Below are positions 45,300 through 56,782 of a stretch of DNA of 64,000 nt, piece by piece. The notes under the pieces were generated by a model. That model saw only the letters and a program-made list of their open reading frames with translations. It had not been told where the DNA came from and did not search any database. The stretch is from the NCBI GenBank assembly GCA_046716885.1, contig JBKJWL010000267.1:2216-66215 (forward strand), read 5' to 3'. The position numbers were made by a program, and so were the translations under genes. This DNA is from Thermoanaerobaculia bacterium. Lineage in GTDB: Bacteria > Acidobacteriota > Thermoanaerobaculia > UBA5066 > Gp7-AA6. How positions within the stretch are numbered: the stretch's first letter is position 1; each line of letters opens with the position of its first letter.

Positions 45300-46016
45300 C
45301 TACCCGAGGCGGCGCGCCGCGGGGGCGCTCTTCGTGGTCAGAATGACGCGGTTGGTACGCGCGTCCCGCAGCCAGCGGACTTTCTTGCCTTCGGAAGCCG
45401 CGATGCCCCGATACGTCTGGGCGGCCGATTTGCCGAACCCTCCGCCGAGCGTGGATTTTCCGTGGTAGGCGGCGAGGGTCTTGCGCACGTAGAGCTGCGT
45501 CTCGCTGTATGGCGGCACCCCGTCGTACCGGTCGACGGCCGCCTCGCCGGCGTTGTACGCCGCGAGCGACTTCTCGAGGTTTCCCCCGTAGTTCGACAGC
45601 AGGCGCGAGAGATAGCGGACCCCACCGGCGATGTTCTGCCGAGGGTCGTGGATGTCCCGCACGCCGTGCTCGACCGCGGTCGCTGGCATCAGCTGCATCA
45701 GGCCGCGGGCGCCCTTGCGCGAGATCGCCGCAGGATTGAAGCCCGACTCGACGAGCATCACGGACTTGACGAGCTCCGGATCGACGGAGTGCTCGCGCGC
45801 GGCGGCGGCAATCATCCCGTCGTAGGCCGACGCGCGCCGCATCCGCGCGGCGAGCCAGGATTCACTCGAGCCGATCTTGGCGGGGCCGTCGTTGTAGATG
45901 AGTTGCCGGCCGCCCTTGACGGTCACGCGCACGTCGGCCCGCGCCGCGTGCGAAGCGGCCACGAGGATTCCCAACGAGAAAAGCGCCCGAACCTTCATGG
46001 ATTGTTGAACACGCAT
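45300..46016 (-). CDS. Lytic transglycosylase (SLT domain), secreted
   Basis: Motifs: VMLVESGFNPAAISRKGARGLMQLMPATA and AAYNAG. The likely true start is the second Met (45998), giving the signal peptide MKVRALFSLGILVAASHA. A TATAAT box overlaps the first ATG. Confidence 0.8.
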   Translation of the reverse strand: MRVQQSMKVRALFSLGILVAASHAARADVRVTVKGGRQLIYNDGPAKIGSSESWLAARMRRASAYDGMIAAAAREHSVDPELVKSVMLVESGFNPAAISRKGARGLMQLMPATAVEHGVRDIHDPRQNIAGGVRYLSRLLSNYGGNLEKSLAAYNAGEAAVDRYDGVPPYSETQLYVRKTLAAYHGKSTLGGGFGKSAAQTYRGIAASEGKKVRWLRDARTNRVILTTKSAPAARRLG

Positions 46017-46080
46017 TATAGCCGAATCCCAACAACCGCAGGAGGATCAGTGGGTTAGACCGAGCGTGACGTGACGCCCG

Positions 46081-48756
46081 TCACACGGCCGGCACGGGCT
46101 CGGCGAGCAGATCCCGCACCGCTTCGGCCGCGGCGGCCAGCCCCGCCGGCAACTGCGCGGCGTTCTTGCCTCCGGCCTGTGCAAGGTCCGGCTTGCCGCC
46201 CCCGCTGCCGCCGAGGGCCTTGCCCACGCGGCCCGCGATCTGCGAGGCCGGGAGACGCCGCGTCAGGTCCGCCGTCACGGCCACGATCACCGACGTCTTG
46301 CCGTCGCCCGCCGTGCCCACCACCACGACGCCGCTCTTGAGCTTCGAGCGCAGCGTGTCGGAGAGATTGCGCAGCTCGGGAATCGTCAGGCCTTCGACGA
46401 CGCGCGTGACGATCGGCACGCCGGCGATTTCGATGCGATCGCCCTGCGCGCCCGCATCGCCCGAGGCGAGCTTGAGCTTCAAGGACGCGACCTCGCGCTC
46501 GAGCGCCTTGACCCGGCCTTCCCTCTCCTGCCAGAGCGTAGCGAGCGTCGCGCGCGGTGCCTGGGCGGCGTCGGAGAGCGTGTTCAGGAGCTGCTCGTCT
46601 TGCGACAGAAGCTCCACGGCCCCGAGGGAGGTCACGGCCTCGAGCCGCCGGACTCCCGCGGCCAGGCCGCGGTCCGAAACGATCTTGAACGCGCCGATCT
46701 CCCCGGTGCGCGGCACGTGGCAGCCCCCGCAGAGCTCCGTCGAAAAACCGGGCACCGCGACCACCCGCACGCGCTCGCCGTATTTCTCGCCGAAGAACAT
46801 ATCCGCGCCCTTACGGCGGGCTTCGTCCATCGGCATGACTTCCTTGTTGACCTCCTGATTCCGCAGGATCTCCTGGTTGACGAGGCGCTCGACCTCGGCG
46901 AGCTGCTCGGCCGTCGGAGCGCTCGCGACCGCGTAGTCGAACCGCAGCCTGTCCGGAGCCACCAGCGAGCCCATCTGGCGCGCCGAGCCACCGAGCACTT
47001 TGCGCAGCGCCGCATGAAGCAGGTGCGTGCCCGTGTGGTTCGCCTGCGTGCGGCGCCGGGTCCACTCGGGGACCGACATGTCGACGGCCGTTCCCACCTC
47101 GAGCCAGCCGCGCGCGACCTGGACGCCATGAATGATCAGGCCCGGCGTCGGTTTTCGCACGTCCGTGACTGCGGCCTCGCCGCCTGCCCAGACCCAAGAG
47201 CCCGTGTCGGCCACCTGACCGCCGCCTTCCGGGTAGAACACCGTTCGATCGGTGACGACGTCCCCCGCCTCGCCCTCGGAGAGTCGCAACGTCTCTTTTC
47301 CGTCCTTGACGAGGGCCAGGACCTGGGCGCCGGAGAGCGAAACGAAGTCCTGTTCCGGATACCCACGGAACACCGAGTGCACGGCGGGCAGCTTCAGCCT
47401 GTCGAACACCGACGCGTCGGCGGCCTCGAACTTCCCGGAGGCGCGGGAGGCGATTCGCTGCCGTTCCATGGCTTCCTCGAAGCCGGCCCGATCCACGGCC
47501 ACGCCCTCGTCGCCGGAGATCTCTTCGATGACGTCCAGGGGAATCCCGTACGTGTCGTAAAAGCGAAACACCGTCTCGCCCGAGAGCGCGGTGGCGCCCT
47601 CGCGGCGCAGCCGCTCGATCGCTTCGCCGACGCGGTCGGCGCCTTCCGAGAGCGTGCGGCCGAAGCGCTCCTCCTCGGGCTCGAGGACGCCGGCGACATT
47701 GGCGGCGATGCTCGCGACCCGTGAGGGCTCGTAGTACACGCCGGCGAATCCCTGAACGACCGCGGGCGCGATCGCGTGGAGAAACGGCCGGTCCAGGCCG
47801 ATCCGGCGGCCGTAGCGCATGGCGCGGCGCAGAATCCGCCGCAGGACGTAGCCCCGGCCCTCGTTCGAGGGCAGGGCGCCGTCCGCGATCAGCATCGCCG
47901 AGGCGCGCAGGTGGTCCGCGATCACGCGGAAGGGCGCGTCCTCGGGGGCCATGCCGCCGCGATAGGGACGGCCCGACAGCGCCGAGATCTGCCCCAGGAT
48001 CTCGGCGAAGAGGTCGGTGTCGAAGTTGTTGTTGACGCCCTGGAGGATCGCGGTCAGCCGCTCGAGCCCGGCCCCCGTGTCGACGGAAGGCTTGGGCAGC
48101 GGCGTCGCCTGTCCCGAGGCGTCGCGCTCGAACTGCATGAAGACGAGGTTCCAGATCTCGAGCGTGTCGTCGCCCGGGCCGTTGACCCGATCGGGCGTGT
48201 TTTCGGAGAGGTCCGCGCCGCGGTAGTAGTGAAGCTCCGAGCACGGCCCGCAGGGGCCTGTCTCGCCCATCGCCCAGAAGTTCTCCTTCTCACCGAACCG
48301 GAGAACCCGGGAGGCCGGCAGGTGCCGCTCCCAGAGTCCGGCGGCCGCGTCGTCGTCCGTGTATACCGTGGCCCAGAGCCGCTCGGGATCGAGGCCGTAG
48401 CCCGTCTCTTTATCCGTCACGAGCTCCCAGGCGAAGCGAATCGCCTCGTCCTTGAAGTAGTCGCCGAAGGAGAAGTTGCCGAGCATCTCGAAGAACGTGT
48501 GGTGCCGTCCCGTGTAGCCCACGTTGTCGAGGTCGTTGTGCTTGCCCCCGGCGCGCACGCACTTCTGCGCGGAGGTCGCCCGGGCGTATTCGCGCTTTTC
48601 CCGGCCGGTGAAGACGTCCTTGAACTGGTTCATCCCGGCGTTGGTGAAGAGGAGCGTCGGGTCCTCGGCGGGTATGAGGGACGAGGACGGGACGCGGCGA
48701 TGCCCGCGCTCCTCGAAAAACCTCAGGAATCTCTCTCGGACTTCAGTCGACTTCAT
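46081..48756 (-). CDS. alaS: Alanine--tRNA ligase
   Basis: The 891-aa ORF shows FTNAGMNQFK, the editing-domain HTGTHLLH, and a C-terminal DHHA1-like domain. Confidence 0.95.
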   Translation of the reverse strand: MKSTEVRERFLRFFEERGHRRVPSSSLIPAEDPTLLFTNAGMNQFKDVFTGREKREYARATSAQKCVRAGGKHNDLDNVGYTGRHHTFFEMLGNFSFGDYFKDEAIRFAWELVTDKETGYGLDPERLWATVYTDDDAAAGLWERHLPASRVLRFGEKENFWAMGETGPCGPCSELHYYRGADLSENTPDRVNGPGDDTLEIWNLVFMQFERDASGQATPLPKPSVDTGAGLERLTAILQGVNNNFDTDLFAEILGQISALSGRPYRGGMAPEDAPFRVIADHLRASAMLIADGALPSNEGRGYVLRRILRRAMRYGRRIGLDRPFLHAIAPAVVQGFAGVYYEPSRVASIAANVAGVLEPEEERFGRTLSEGADRVGEAIERLRREGATALSGETVFRFYDTYGIPLDVIEEISGDEGVAVDRAGFEEAMERQRIASRASGKFEAADASVFDRLKLPAVHSVFRGYPEQDFVSLSGAQVLALVKDGKETLRLSEGEAGDVVTDRTVFYPEGGGQVADTGSWVWAGGEAAVTDVRKPTPGLIIHGVQVARGWLEVGTAVDMSVPEWTRRRTQANHTGTHLLHAALRKVLGGSARQMGSLVAPDRLRFDYAVASAPTAEQLAEVERLVNQEILRNQEVNKEVMPMDEARRKGADMFFGEKYGERVRVVAVPGFSTELCGGCHVPRTGEIGAFKIVSDRGLAAGVRRLEAVTSLGAVELLSQDEQLLNTLSDAAQAPRATLATLWQEREGRVKALEREVASLKLKLASGDAGAQGDRIEIAGVPIVTRVVEGLTIPELRNLSDTLRSKLKSGVVVVGTAGDGKTSVIVAVTADLTRRLPASQIAGRVGKALGGSGGGKPDLAQAGGKNAAQLPAGLAAAAEAVRDLLAEPVPAV

Positions 48757-49138
48757 ACCAACCCCGGATCATCTCAGATATCTTTTCGGGGCGAAAACCG
48801 CGTCGGGTCAGCGCGTCGAAGACCCGCCGCCTCTTGAGCGGCGGAGCGAGATCCGAGCGAGCCGCCCACAGACGCTCGAACGCTTTCCGCAACGCCGCGT
48901 CTTCCCTTCCTGCGCCGCCTTCCGCCAGGTCCGCCGCCGCGATGGTCTCCCGGTCGAAGCCTCGGGCCTTGAGCTCCCTCTCGACCCGGGAGCGGCCGTA
49001 GCGAGAGCCGCGCGTGCGCATGGCCGAGCGGGCGGCGGAGAGGTCGTCGAGGAGCTCCTGACTGGCCAGTCGTTCGAGGGCACGGGCAACGGCGGCCGCC
49101 GCAAAGCCCCGATCTTCGAGCGCGCGCAAGAGCTCCAC
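48743..49138 (-). CDS. recX: RecA regulator RecX (minimum extent; the true N-terminus probably lies further upstream)
   Basis: The track ORF starts at the GTG at 49138 (ELLRALEDRGF...). The in-frame upstream codons encode HERALRLLAVRPRGR. That matches the conserved first RecX helix (compare E. coli [21 protein letters not shown]), but there is no ATG/GTG/TTG between the upstream TAG (49237..49235) and 49138. Confidence 0.7.
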   Translation of the reverse strand: MELLRALEDRGFAAAAVARALERLASQELLDDLSAARSAMRTRGSRYGRSRVERELKARGFDRETIAAADLAEGGAGREDAALRKAFERLWAARSDLAPPLKRRRVFDALTRRGFRPEKISEMIRGWYEVD

Positions 49139-49241
49139 TCGGCCGCGCGGACGAACCGCGAGGAGGCGCAGAGCCCGTTCGTGCGCCGCCGCTGCGGATT
49201 CGGGATCGGCTGGTGGCTTGTTGCGGCGGACCGTCTAGACC

Positions 49242-50432
<1,191 letters not shown>

Positions 50433-50560
50433 GGTTTTATTTTTCCTCGGTTTCCGGTTAGCTTACGCTCGTTGCCACCGGATTGGAAGCCTGAAGCGGA
50501 CTCTTCGAGCGGGGCCTGCGCCCGCTCGCGGGTGGCAACAAGGGTCGCCCCTGCATCGAG

Positions 50561-51508
50561 TTAGACGGCTCCGACCCGTGCCTCCACCGGCAGCGGCGTC
50601 AACCACCCGTACCGGTCCTCCACGTCCCCGCGGATCAGGGCGAAGAACTCCTTCTGGAGCCGCTCGGTCACCGGTCCCCGCCGGCCCGGCCCGACCACGA
50701 TCCGGTCGACGGACCGAATCGGCGTGATCTCGGCGGCCGTTCCGGTGAAGAAGACTTCGTCGGCGATGTAGAGCATCTCCCGGGCGATCTGCTGCTCCAC
50801 GACCGTGAAGCCCGCGTCCTGCGCCAGGCGCATGACCGAATCCCGGGTGATCCCGGGCAGAATCGTGCCGGCCAGGGGCGGCGTGAGGATCCGTCCGCCG
50901 TACACGAGGAAGATGTTCTCCCCGCTCCCCTCGGAGATACGCCCGGCGTTGTCGAGCGCGATCCCCTCGGTGAAACCGTTGGTGATCGCTTCCATCTTGA
51001 TCAGCGCGGAGTTGAGGTAGTTGCCCGTGGCCTTGGCCATGGCGGGAAACGTGTTGGGCGCCATCCGATTCCAGGAGGAAACGCAGACGTCGACGCCTCC
51101 CTCGAGCGCTTCCTCGCCCAGGTACTTTCCCCACCGCCACACCGCGACCATGACGTCGACCGGGCTGTTGAACGGGTTGACCCCGAGCGCGCCCAGGCCA
51201 CGGTAGACGACCGGCCGTATGTAGCACTCGTCGTAGCCGTTGGCGCGGATCGTCTCGAAGATCGCGTCGCGAAACTCCTTCGGCGAGTACGGCACCTCCA
51301 TCCGGTACACCTTGCAGGAGTCGAAGAGCCGCTTGATGTGCTCGTCCAGACGAAAGGCCGCCGAGCCGTGTTTGGTCTTGTAGACGCGTGCCCCTTCGAA
51401 CATCGCCGAGCCGTAGTGGAAGACGTGGGAGAAGGCGTGGATCTTCGCGTCGGCGAAATCCACGAGCCGCCCGTTCATCCAGACTTTCTTGACGTCCTCG
51501 TAGGACAT
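50561..51508 (-). CDS. ilvE: Branched-chain amino acid aminotransferase
   Basis: This is the C-terminal 315 aa of chimeric track ORF 50561..52879: [41 protein letters not shown]..., plus EGSGENIF and PGITRDSV. Confidence 0.9.
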   Translation of the reverse strand: MSYEDVKKVWMNGRLVDFADAKIHAFSHVFHYGSAMFEGARVYKTKHGSAAFRLDEHIKRLFDSCKVYRMEVPYSPKEFRDAIFETIRANGYDECYIRPVVYRGLGALGVNPFNSPVDVMVAVWRWGKYLGEEALEGGVDVCVSSWNRMAPNTFPAMAKATGNYLNSALIKMEAITNGFTEGIALDNAGRISEGSGENIFLVYGGRILTPPLAGTILPGITRDSVMRLAQDAGFTVVEQQIAREMLYIADEVFFTGTAAEITPIRSVDRIVVGPGRRGPVTERLQKEFFALIRGDVEDRYGWLTPLPVEARVGAV

Positions 51509-51558
51509 TGCGGCCTCCGTGATGTGACTCAGAGTATTCCCCCGCCGACGCGGGGGTG

Positions 51559-52287
51559 TCAATGCGGGATTCGCGCGAGCGCCGTCCGCGCCAGGACCAG
51601 AGCGCCCACGGCGGCCGTCTCGGCCCGCAGCTTGCCGGCGGCCAGCGAAACGACGACCCAGCCCTCCTCGAGCGCCGCCGCGTGCTCGGCGTAGGACCAT
51701 CCGCCTTCGGGCCCGATCAGCAGGGCCACCGACCCGGAACGGAGGCGATCGGGAAAAGCCACGCCGCGCGGATCGAGAAGAAAACGGTGGACGCAGGTTT
51801 CCTCGCGGAGCGCGGCGGAGAGCGGACGCGGACCCGCGACCTCGGGCCACCGAGCGCGCTCGGCCTGCTTGGCAGCCTCCCGCACGACGCGCTCGAGCCG
51901 CGCCGGCAACGCTTCGCTCGCGCGGTAGCTCTGGGTGCGATCGCTTTCCACGAGGGTCAGGCGCTTCGCGCCGAGCTCGGTGGCTTTCTCGGCGATCCAG
52001 GAAAGTCGCTCCACCCGCAGCGCGGCGACCAGCAGGTGGATCGGAGGCAGCGAGTCCGCCGCCGCCGCCCACACCGATTCCACCCGCACGTCGAGAATTC
52101 CCCGCTCGGCGCGCTCGATCCGCCCGAGGGCCTCGGCCCCGCTTCCGTCGACGAGCACGACCGCGCTCCCGGGGCTCACGCGTCGGGCCCGGGCGTGCGC
52201 CGCCTCTTGCCCGGCAATGCGGCAGGACTCCCCGGCCCCGGGCAGCCGCTCGACGATCAGCCGCGGTGGAGCGACAGACACACCCAT
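51559..52287 (-). CDS. rsmE: 16S rRNA (uracil1498-N3)-methyltransferase
   Basis: PRLIVERL...HARARRV is a PUA-like N-terminus. The SPOUT C-terminus reads [13 protein letters not shown]...[11 protein letters not shown]. The start (ATG 52287 or GTG 52281) overlaps the prmA 3' end. Confidence 0.8.
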   Translation of the reverse strand: MGVSVAPPRLIVERLPGAGESCRIAGQEAAHARARRVSPGSAVVLVDGSGAEALGRIERAERGILDVRVESVWAAAADSLPPIHLLVAALRVERLSWIAEKATELGAKRLTLVESDRTQSYRASEALPARLERVVREAAKQAERARWPEVAGPRPLSAALREETCVHRFLLDPRGVAFPDRLRSGSVALLIGPEGGWSYAEHAAALEEGWVVVSLAAGKLRAETAAVGALVLARTALARIPH

Positions 52288-53102
52288 TCGTTCTCGGTTC
52301 TTCTTCCCGCCAGCTTCCACCGGCCGGTCCGCACGCGGTCGAGCACGGCGGGCTCGGAATCGCGGGTGACGCCGGAGAGCAGAACGCGTCCCCGCTTCCC
52401 GGCGCGCGCCAGAAGAGCCCTCGACTCGGGCAGGATCTCCTCGGGGAGCATATTCGCCACGACGACGTCGAACTGGCCGGCGCACGCCGCGAGGGGGCCG
52501 GCGTAGAGCCCGACGCGGCCGCCGAAGGAATGGCGGCGCAGGTTCTCGCGCGCCACGAAGACCGCGTCGGCGTCGGTGTCGAGCCCCACGGCCCGGCGCG
52601 CGCCAAGCGCCGCTCCCGCCAGCGCGAGCACGCCTGAGCCGCTTCCGACGTCGAGCAGCGTTTTTCCGTCGAGCGCCTCTTCCTCGAGCGCGAGGAGCGC
52701 CAGCCGCGTGGATTCATGCGCTCCGGTGCCGAAGGCCCGCGACGCCGGGAGAAAGAGCCCGATCCGCCCGGAAGGGGGCGCGGCGCCGGCGGGATCTCCG
52801 GGGTCGATCCAGAACCGTCGGCCAACCGGGAACGGCCGCGATGCGGCGCGCCAGGCCTCCAGGGGATCCCCTTCGGCAATGTCGGTCGTCAGGTCGTGCC
52901 GCACCCGCCGGGCGCGCAGCGCGTCGGACGCGTCTCGCGCCGCGTCGGGCCCGCGGAAGAAGGCGACGAGGTCCTTCCCGGCGCTCTCGAAGCCCAGGGG
53001 GCCGTGGAGGCAAAGGACTCCCAGGAGGACGTCGTCATTTGCCTTCCTCGGAATCCGAAGGCGGCTGTAGCGGAGACGATTTCGGAGTTCATCCGAAATC
53101 AC
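52257..53102 (-). CDS. prmA: Ribosomal protein L11 methyltransferase
   Basis: The GTG at 53102 overlaps the dnaJ stop as GTGA. Motifs: [29 protein letters not shown], and DVVVANM. Confidence 0.8.
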   Translation of the reverse strand: MISDELRNRLRYSRLRIPRKANDDVLLGVLCLHGPLGFESAGKDLVAFFRGPDAARDASDALRARRVRHDLTTDIAEGDPLEAWRAASRPFPVGRRFWIDPGDPAGAAPPSGRIGLFLPASRAFGTGAHESTRLALLALEEEALDGKTLLDVGSGSGVLALAGAALGARRAVGLDTDADAVFVARENLRRHSFGGRVGLYAGPLAACAGQFDVVVANMLPEEILPESRALLARAGKRGRVLLSGVTRDSEPAVLDRVRTGRWKLAGRRTENEWVCLSLHRG

Positions 53103-54217
53103 GAGAAGATCTTCTTCGCCTTCCGAAAGACTCCCTTGCCGCCGCCGACCGGCGCGCCGGTGAGCTCCGCGTACTTGTGCAGAAGCTCCTTCTCCTCCTT
53201 CGAGGGAGATTCGGGCACCCGTACATTGATTCGCACGACGAGATCGCCGCGCCCGCTGCGCCCCAGGCGACCCATGCCGCGGCCCTTCAGGCGCAGCTCC
53301 GATCCCGCCGCGGTCCCCGGCGCGATCGAGACCTTCTCCTCCCCGTCCAGTGTCAAAACGGGAATCTCTCCGCCCAGCACCAGCGTCGGGAACGGCAGGT
53401 CGACACGCGCGACGACGTCGTCGCCCTCGCGAGAGAAAATCTCGTCCTCGTCGACCGTCAGAACCACGTAGAGATCGCCGGCGGGGCCGTTGTTGGGACC
53501 CGCGTCGCCCTCGCCCGTCAGCCGGAGGCGCGAGCCCGACTCCACCCCGGCGGGGATCCGGATCGTGAGGTCCTTCTTGGCCCGCATGCGGCCCTCGCCG
53601 CGGCAGACGCGGCACGGCTTCTCGATGATGCGCCCCTCGCCCTGGCACTGGCTGCAGGGCCGCATCACCGTGAGGAATCCCTGCGAGAGCCGCTGGCGGC
53701 CGCTTCCGCGGCAGACCGGACACGTCCTGGGCCGGGAGCCCGACTCGGCTCCGACTCCCTCGCAGGGGCCGCAGCGCTCCAGGCGCGAGATCGCAATCGG
53801 AGCCTCGACGCCGAAGGCGGCGTCGCGGAATGCGATTTCCATACGGTACACGAGGTCGCTGCCGGCCATCGGCACGGCCGGGCCGCCGCCGAAGCCCGCG
53901 CCCGACGCGAAGCCGAACAGCCCGCTGAAAAGATCCGAGAAGTCCGAGAAGGCCGACGGATCGAAGCCGCCGAAGCCCCCGCCGGACCCGGCATTGGACC
54001 CGGCGTGCCCGAACTGGTCGTAACGGACGCGCTTGTCGGGATCGGAGAGCACCGCGTACGCCTCGGAGGCTTCCCGGAACTTCTCGCTCGCGTCCGGATT
54101 GTTGGGGTTGCGGTCGGGGTGGTACGTCAAGGCGAGCTTGCGGTAGGCGGACTTCAGCGCAACCGCGTCCGCGTCGCGGGTGACGGACAGGATTTCGTAG
54201 TAGTCGCGTCGTTCCAT
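53099..54217 (-). CDS. dnaJ: Molecular chaperone DnaJ
   Basis: The J domain reads RDYYEILSVTRDADAVALKSAYRKLALTYHPDRNP. A G/F region and four CxxCxGxG zinc motifs follow. The start is at 54217 or 54229. Confidence 0.95.
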   Translation of the reverse strand: MERRDYYEILSVTRDADAVALKSAYRKLALTYHPDRNPNNPDASEKFREASEAYAVLSDPDKRVRYDQFGHAGSNAGSGGGFGGFDPSAFSDFSDLFSGLFGFASGAGFGGGPAVPMAGSDLVYRMEIAFRDAAFGVEAPIAISRLERCGPCEGVGAESGSRPRTCPVCRGSGRQRLSQGFLTVMRPCSQCQGEGRIIEKPCRVCRGEGRMRAKKDLTIRIPAGVESGSRLRLTGEGDAGPNNGPAGDLYVVLTVDEDEIFSREGDDVVARVDLPFPTLVLGGEIPVLTLDGEEKVSIAPGTAAGSELRLKGRGMGRLGRSGRGDLVVRINVRVPESPSKEEKELLHKYAELTGAPVGGGKGVFRKAKKIFS

Positions 54218-54299
54218 GGGTTCAGTCATGAGTCGTGAGTCTGAGCGGGCTCGCCGAGCCGACGCGCGGCTCAAGACCGAAAACTCAAGACTCTCGCTC

Positions 54300-56129
54300 T
54301 CAGCTCGCGGCCGCTCCCCCCGCTCCGGCCCGCGCAAGCATCACGCGGGTGAGCACTTTCGAGACTCCCTGCATGTCGAAGATGGCCTCGTTGAAAGCCT
54401 CGCGAGTCTCGCCGGAGGCGATCTCTCGCGAGCGCTTCAGCGTCTCCTCGATGCGCTGCCGCTCGTCGTCCCCGAGGGCGGCGCCGAACTCGCCGAGGAC
54501 GCGCTCGTTGGAGGCGATCATGCCTTCCAGCCGGTTCTTGACCGCGGCGATCTCGCGCCGCTCGTGGTCGGCTTCGGCGAACGACGACGCCTCCTTGATG
54601 ATCTTGTCGATCTCGTTTTGCGAGAGGCCTCCCGCCGGGTTCAACTGCATGCCCTGCGCCTTGCCCGTCGCCAGGTCCCGCGCCGAGACGTTGACGATGC
54701 CGTTGGAGTCGATCGCGAACGTCACCTCGATTTGCGGCACGCCCCGCGGGGCGGCGGGTATGCCGACGAGCTCGAAGCGTCCGAGCGACTTGTTGTCCTT
54801 GGCGATTTCGCGCTCGCCCTGCAGCACGTGGATCTCGACGACGGACTGGTTGTCCGCTACCGTCGTGAACACTTTCGTGTTCTTCGTCGGGATTGTCGAG
54901 TTTCTTTCGATGAGCTTCTCGAAAACGCCTCCGTGCAGCTCGATGCCAAGGGACAGCGGCGTGACGTCGAGAAGCACGACGTCCTTGATCTCGCCCTTAA
55001 GGACGCCGCCCTGGATGGCCGCGCCGATCGCGACGACCTCGTCCGGGTTGATGTCGCGGTTGGGCTCGCGGCCGAAGAGCTCCCCCACCATCCGCTGGAC
55101 CTTGGGCGTGCGCGTCTGGCCGCCGACGAGGATGACCTGATCGACGTCCGAGGGCTTGAGTCCCGCCGCCGACAGCGCGTCCAGGCAGGGCGCCGCGGTG
55201 CGATCGATGAGGTCCGCCACGAGCCCCTCGAAACGCTCGCGCGTCAGGGTCCGGTTGATGTGCTTGGGGCCCGACGCGTCGGCCGAGATGAACGGCAGCG
55301 TGATCGTCGTCTCCGTCGCGGTCGAGAGCTCGCACTTGGCCTTCTCGGCGGCCTCCTTGAGCCGCTGCAGCGCCATCCGGTCCTGCCGCAGGTCGATGCC
55401 CGTGGCCTTCCGGAAATCGTCGAGCAGCCAGTCCATGATTTTCTTGTCGAAATCCTCCCCGCCCAGGTAGGTGTCGCCGGCCGTCGCCTTGACCTCGTAG
55501 ATCCCGTCGCCGAGCTGGAGGATCGAGATGTCGAACGTGCCGCCCCCGAGGTCGTACACGGCGACCGTCTCGCTGCCCTTCCGGTCCATGCCGTAGGCCA
55601 GCGAAGCCGCCGTCGGCTCGTTGATGATCCGGAGGACCTCGAGCCCGGCGATCCGGCCCGCGTCGCGGGTCGCCTGCCGCTGGGCGTCGTCGAAATAGGC
55701 GGGCACGGTGATGATCGCCTCGGTGATCTCCTCGCCGAGGGCCTCTTCCGAGAACTCTTTGATCTCCGAGAGGATGAAGGCCGAGATTTCCTCGGGGCTG
55801 TACTCGCGGGCCCGCGCCCGGATCTTCACGTCGCCGTTGACCGCCCGCACGATCTCGTAGGGCAGCACCTCGCGGGCATGCTGCGTCTCCTCGGAATCGT
55901 ACTTGCGCCCGACCAGCCGCTTGACCGCGAAGACGGTGTTCATCGGATTGGTGATCGACTGGCGCTTGGCGATCTGCCCGACCAGCCGCTCGCCGTCCTC
56001 GGTGAATCCGACGATCGAGGGGGTTGTGCGCCCGCCTTCGCGGTTGATCAGCACCTGCGGCGTGGCGCCCTCGACGACGGCGACGCAGCAGTTGGTCGTG
56101 CCGAGGTCGATGCCGAGGATCTTGCCCAC
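54300..56129 (-). CDS. dnaK: Molecular chaperone DnaK (Hsp70)
   Basis: Motifs: MGKILGIDLGTTNCCVAV, DLGGGTFD, and VILVGGQTRTPKV. Confidence 0.97.
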   Translation of the reverse strand: MGKILGIDLGTTNCCVAVVEGATPQVLINREGGRTTPSIVGFTEDGERLVGQIAKRQSITNPMNTVFAVKRLVGRKYDSEETQHAREVLPYEIVRAVNGDVKIRARAREYSPEEISAFILSEIKEFSEEALGEEITEAIITVPAYFDDAQRQATRDAGRIAGLEVLRIINEPTAASLAYGMDRKGSETVAVYDLGGGTFDISILQLGDGIYEVKATAGDTYLGGEDFDKKIMDWLLDDFRKATGIDLRQDRMALQRLKEAAEKAKCELSTATETTITLPFISADASGPKHINRTLTRERFEGLVADLIDRTAAPCLDALSAAGLKPSDVDQVILVGGQTRTPKVQRMVGELFGREPNRDINPDEVVAIGAAIQGGVLKGEIKDVVLLDVTPLSLGIELHGGVFEKLIERNSTIPTKNTKVFTTVADNQSVVEIHVLQGEREIAKDNKSLGRFELVGIPAAPRGVPQIEVTFAIDSNGIVNVSARDLATGKAQGMQLNPAGGLSQNEIDKIIKEASSFAEADHERREIAAVKNRLEGMIASNERVLGEFGAALGDDERQRIEETLKRSREIASGETREAFNEAIFDMQGVSKVLTRVMLARAGAGGAAAS

Positions 56130-56137
56130 CCTGCCTC

Positions 56138-56782
56138 CTACTCCTTAACGCCCGGCTCGGAAGAGCCCTCGTCCGACTCGCCCGGACGCACCGCCACCTT
56201 CACGAAGGAGGGACGGATCAGCCGATCATTCAGGAAGTAACCCTTCTGCAACTCTTCCACGATCGTGTTCGCCTGCACCGCGTCGGTCTTCTCGGTCGCC
56301 ACCGCTTCGTGCAGATTGGGGTCGAATGAGCCGGAGCTGTCGATGGGAATCAGACCGTACCGCTTCCACAGCTCGCCGAGCTGCTTGCGAATGATCGCGA
56401 CGCCCTGCCCAAAATCACTCGAGAGCTCCTCGGGACGCGCGTGCGCGAGGGCCCGCTCGAAGTTGTCGAGGATGGGCAGGAAGTCGTGCGCGAAACCGGC
56501 CAGCGCGATCTTGAAGTACTCCTGGCGCTCGCGCTCGCTGCGCTTCTTGTGGTTCTCGAATTCGGCGAGCTTGCGCAGGTAGAGGTCCTTGAGTTCCTCG
56601 AGGTCCTTCCGGGCCGAGCGCAGCTTGTCCTCGGCGGATGCGAGCGCGCTCGCCTCTTCTTCGCCGAGCGCCGTGTCGAGGGAGTCGCCCGAGTCCCGGA
56701 CCTCGATCAGATCCTCGTCCGGGCCGGAGGCGTCGCGGTCACGGTCTCTCATTCGACCGGTCCTCCTTCTGGCGTTCCTCAC
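56138..56782 (-). CDS. grpE: Nucleotide exchange factor GrpE
   Basis: Motifs: LRKLAEFENHKKRSERE, FLPILDNFERAL, and the C-terminal beta domain GYFLNDRLIRPSFVKV. The start may be the internal Met at 56752. Confidence 0.9.
   Translation of the reverse strand: MRNARRRTGRMRDRDRDASGPDEDLIEVRDSGDSLDTALGEEEASALASAEDKLRSARKDLEELKDLYLRKLAEFENHKKRSERERQEYFKIALAGFAHDFLPILDNFERALAHARPEELSSDFGQGVAIIRKQLGELWKRYGLIPIDSSGSFDPNLHEAVATEKTDAVQANTIVEELQKGYFLNDRLIRPSFVKVAVRPGESDEGSSEPGVKE

Noticed and set aside
50561-52879. The 772-aa track ORF read as a single protein. The same problem affects 21978..24050 (690 aa), 52257..53723 and 27254..27928.
   Set aside because: Only the C-terminal portions (ilvE, oppF-like, prmA, rplS) show real protein signatures. 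The upstream parts run through neighbouring genes in the wrong frame. I trimmed them to internal starts.
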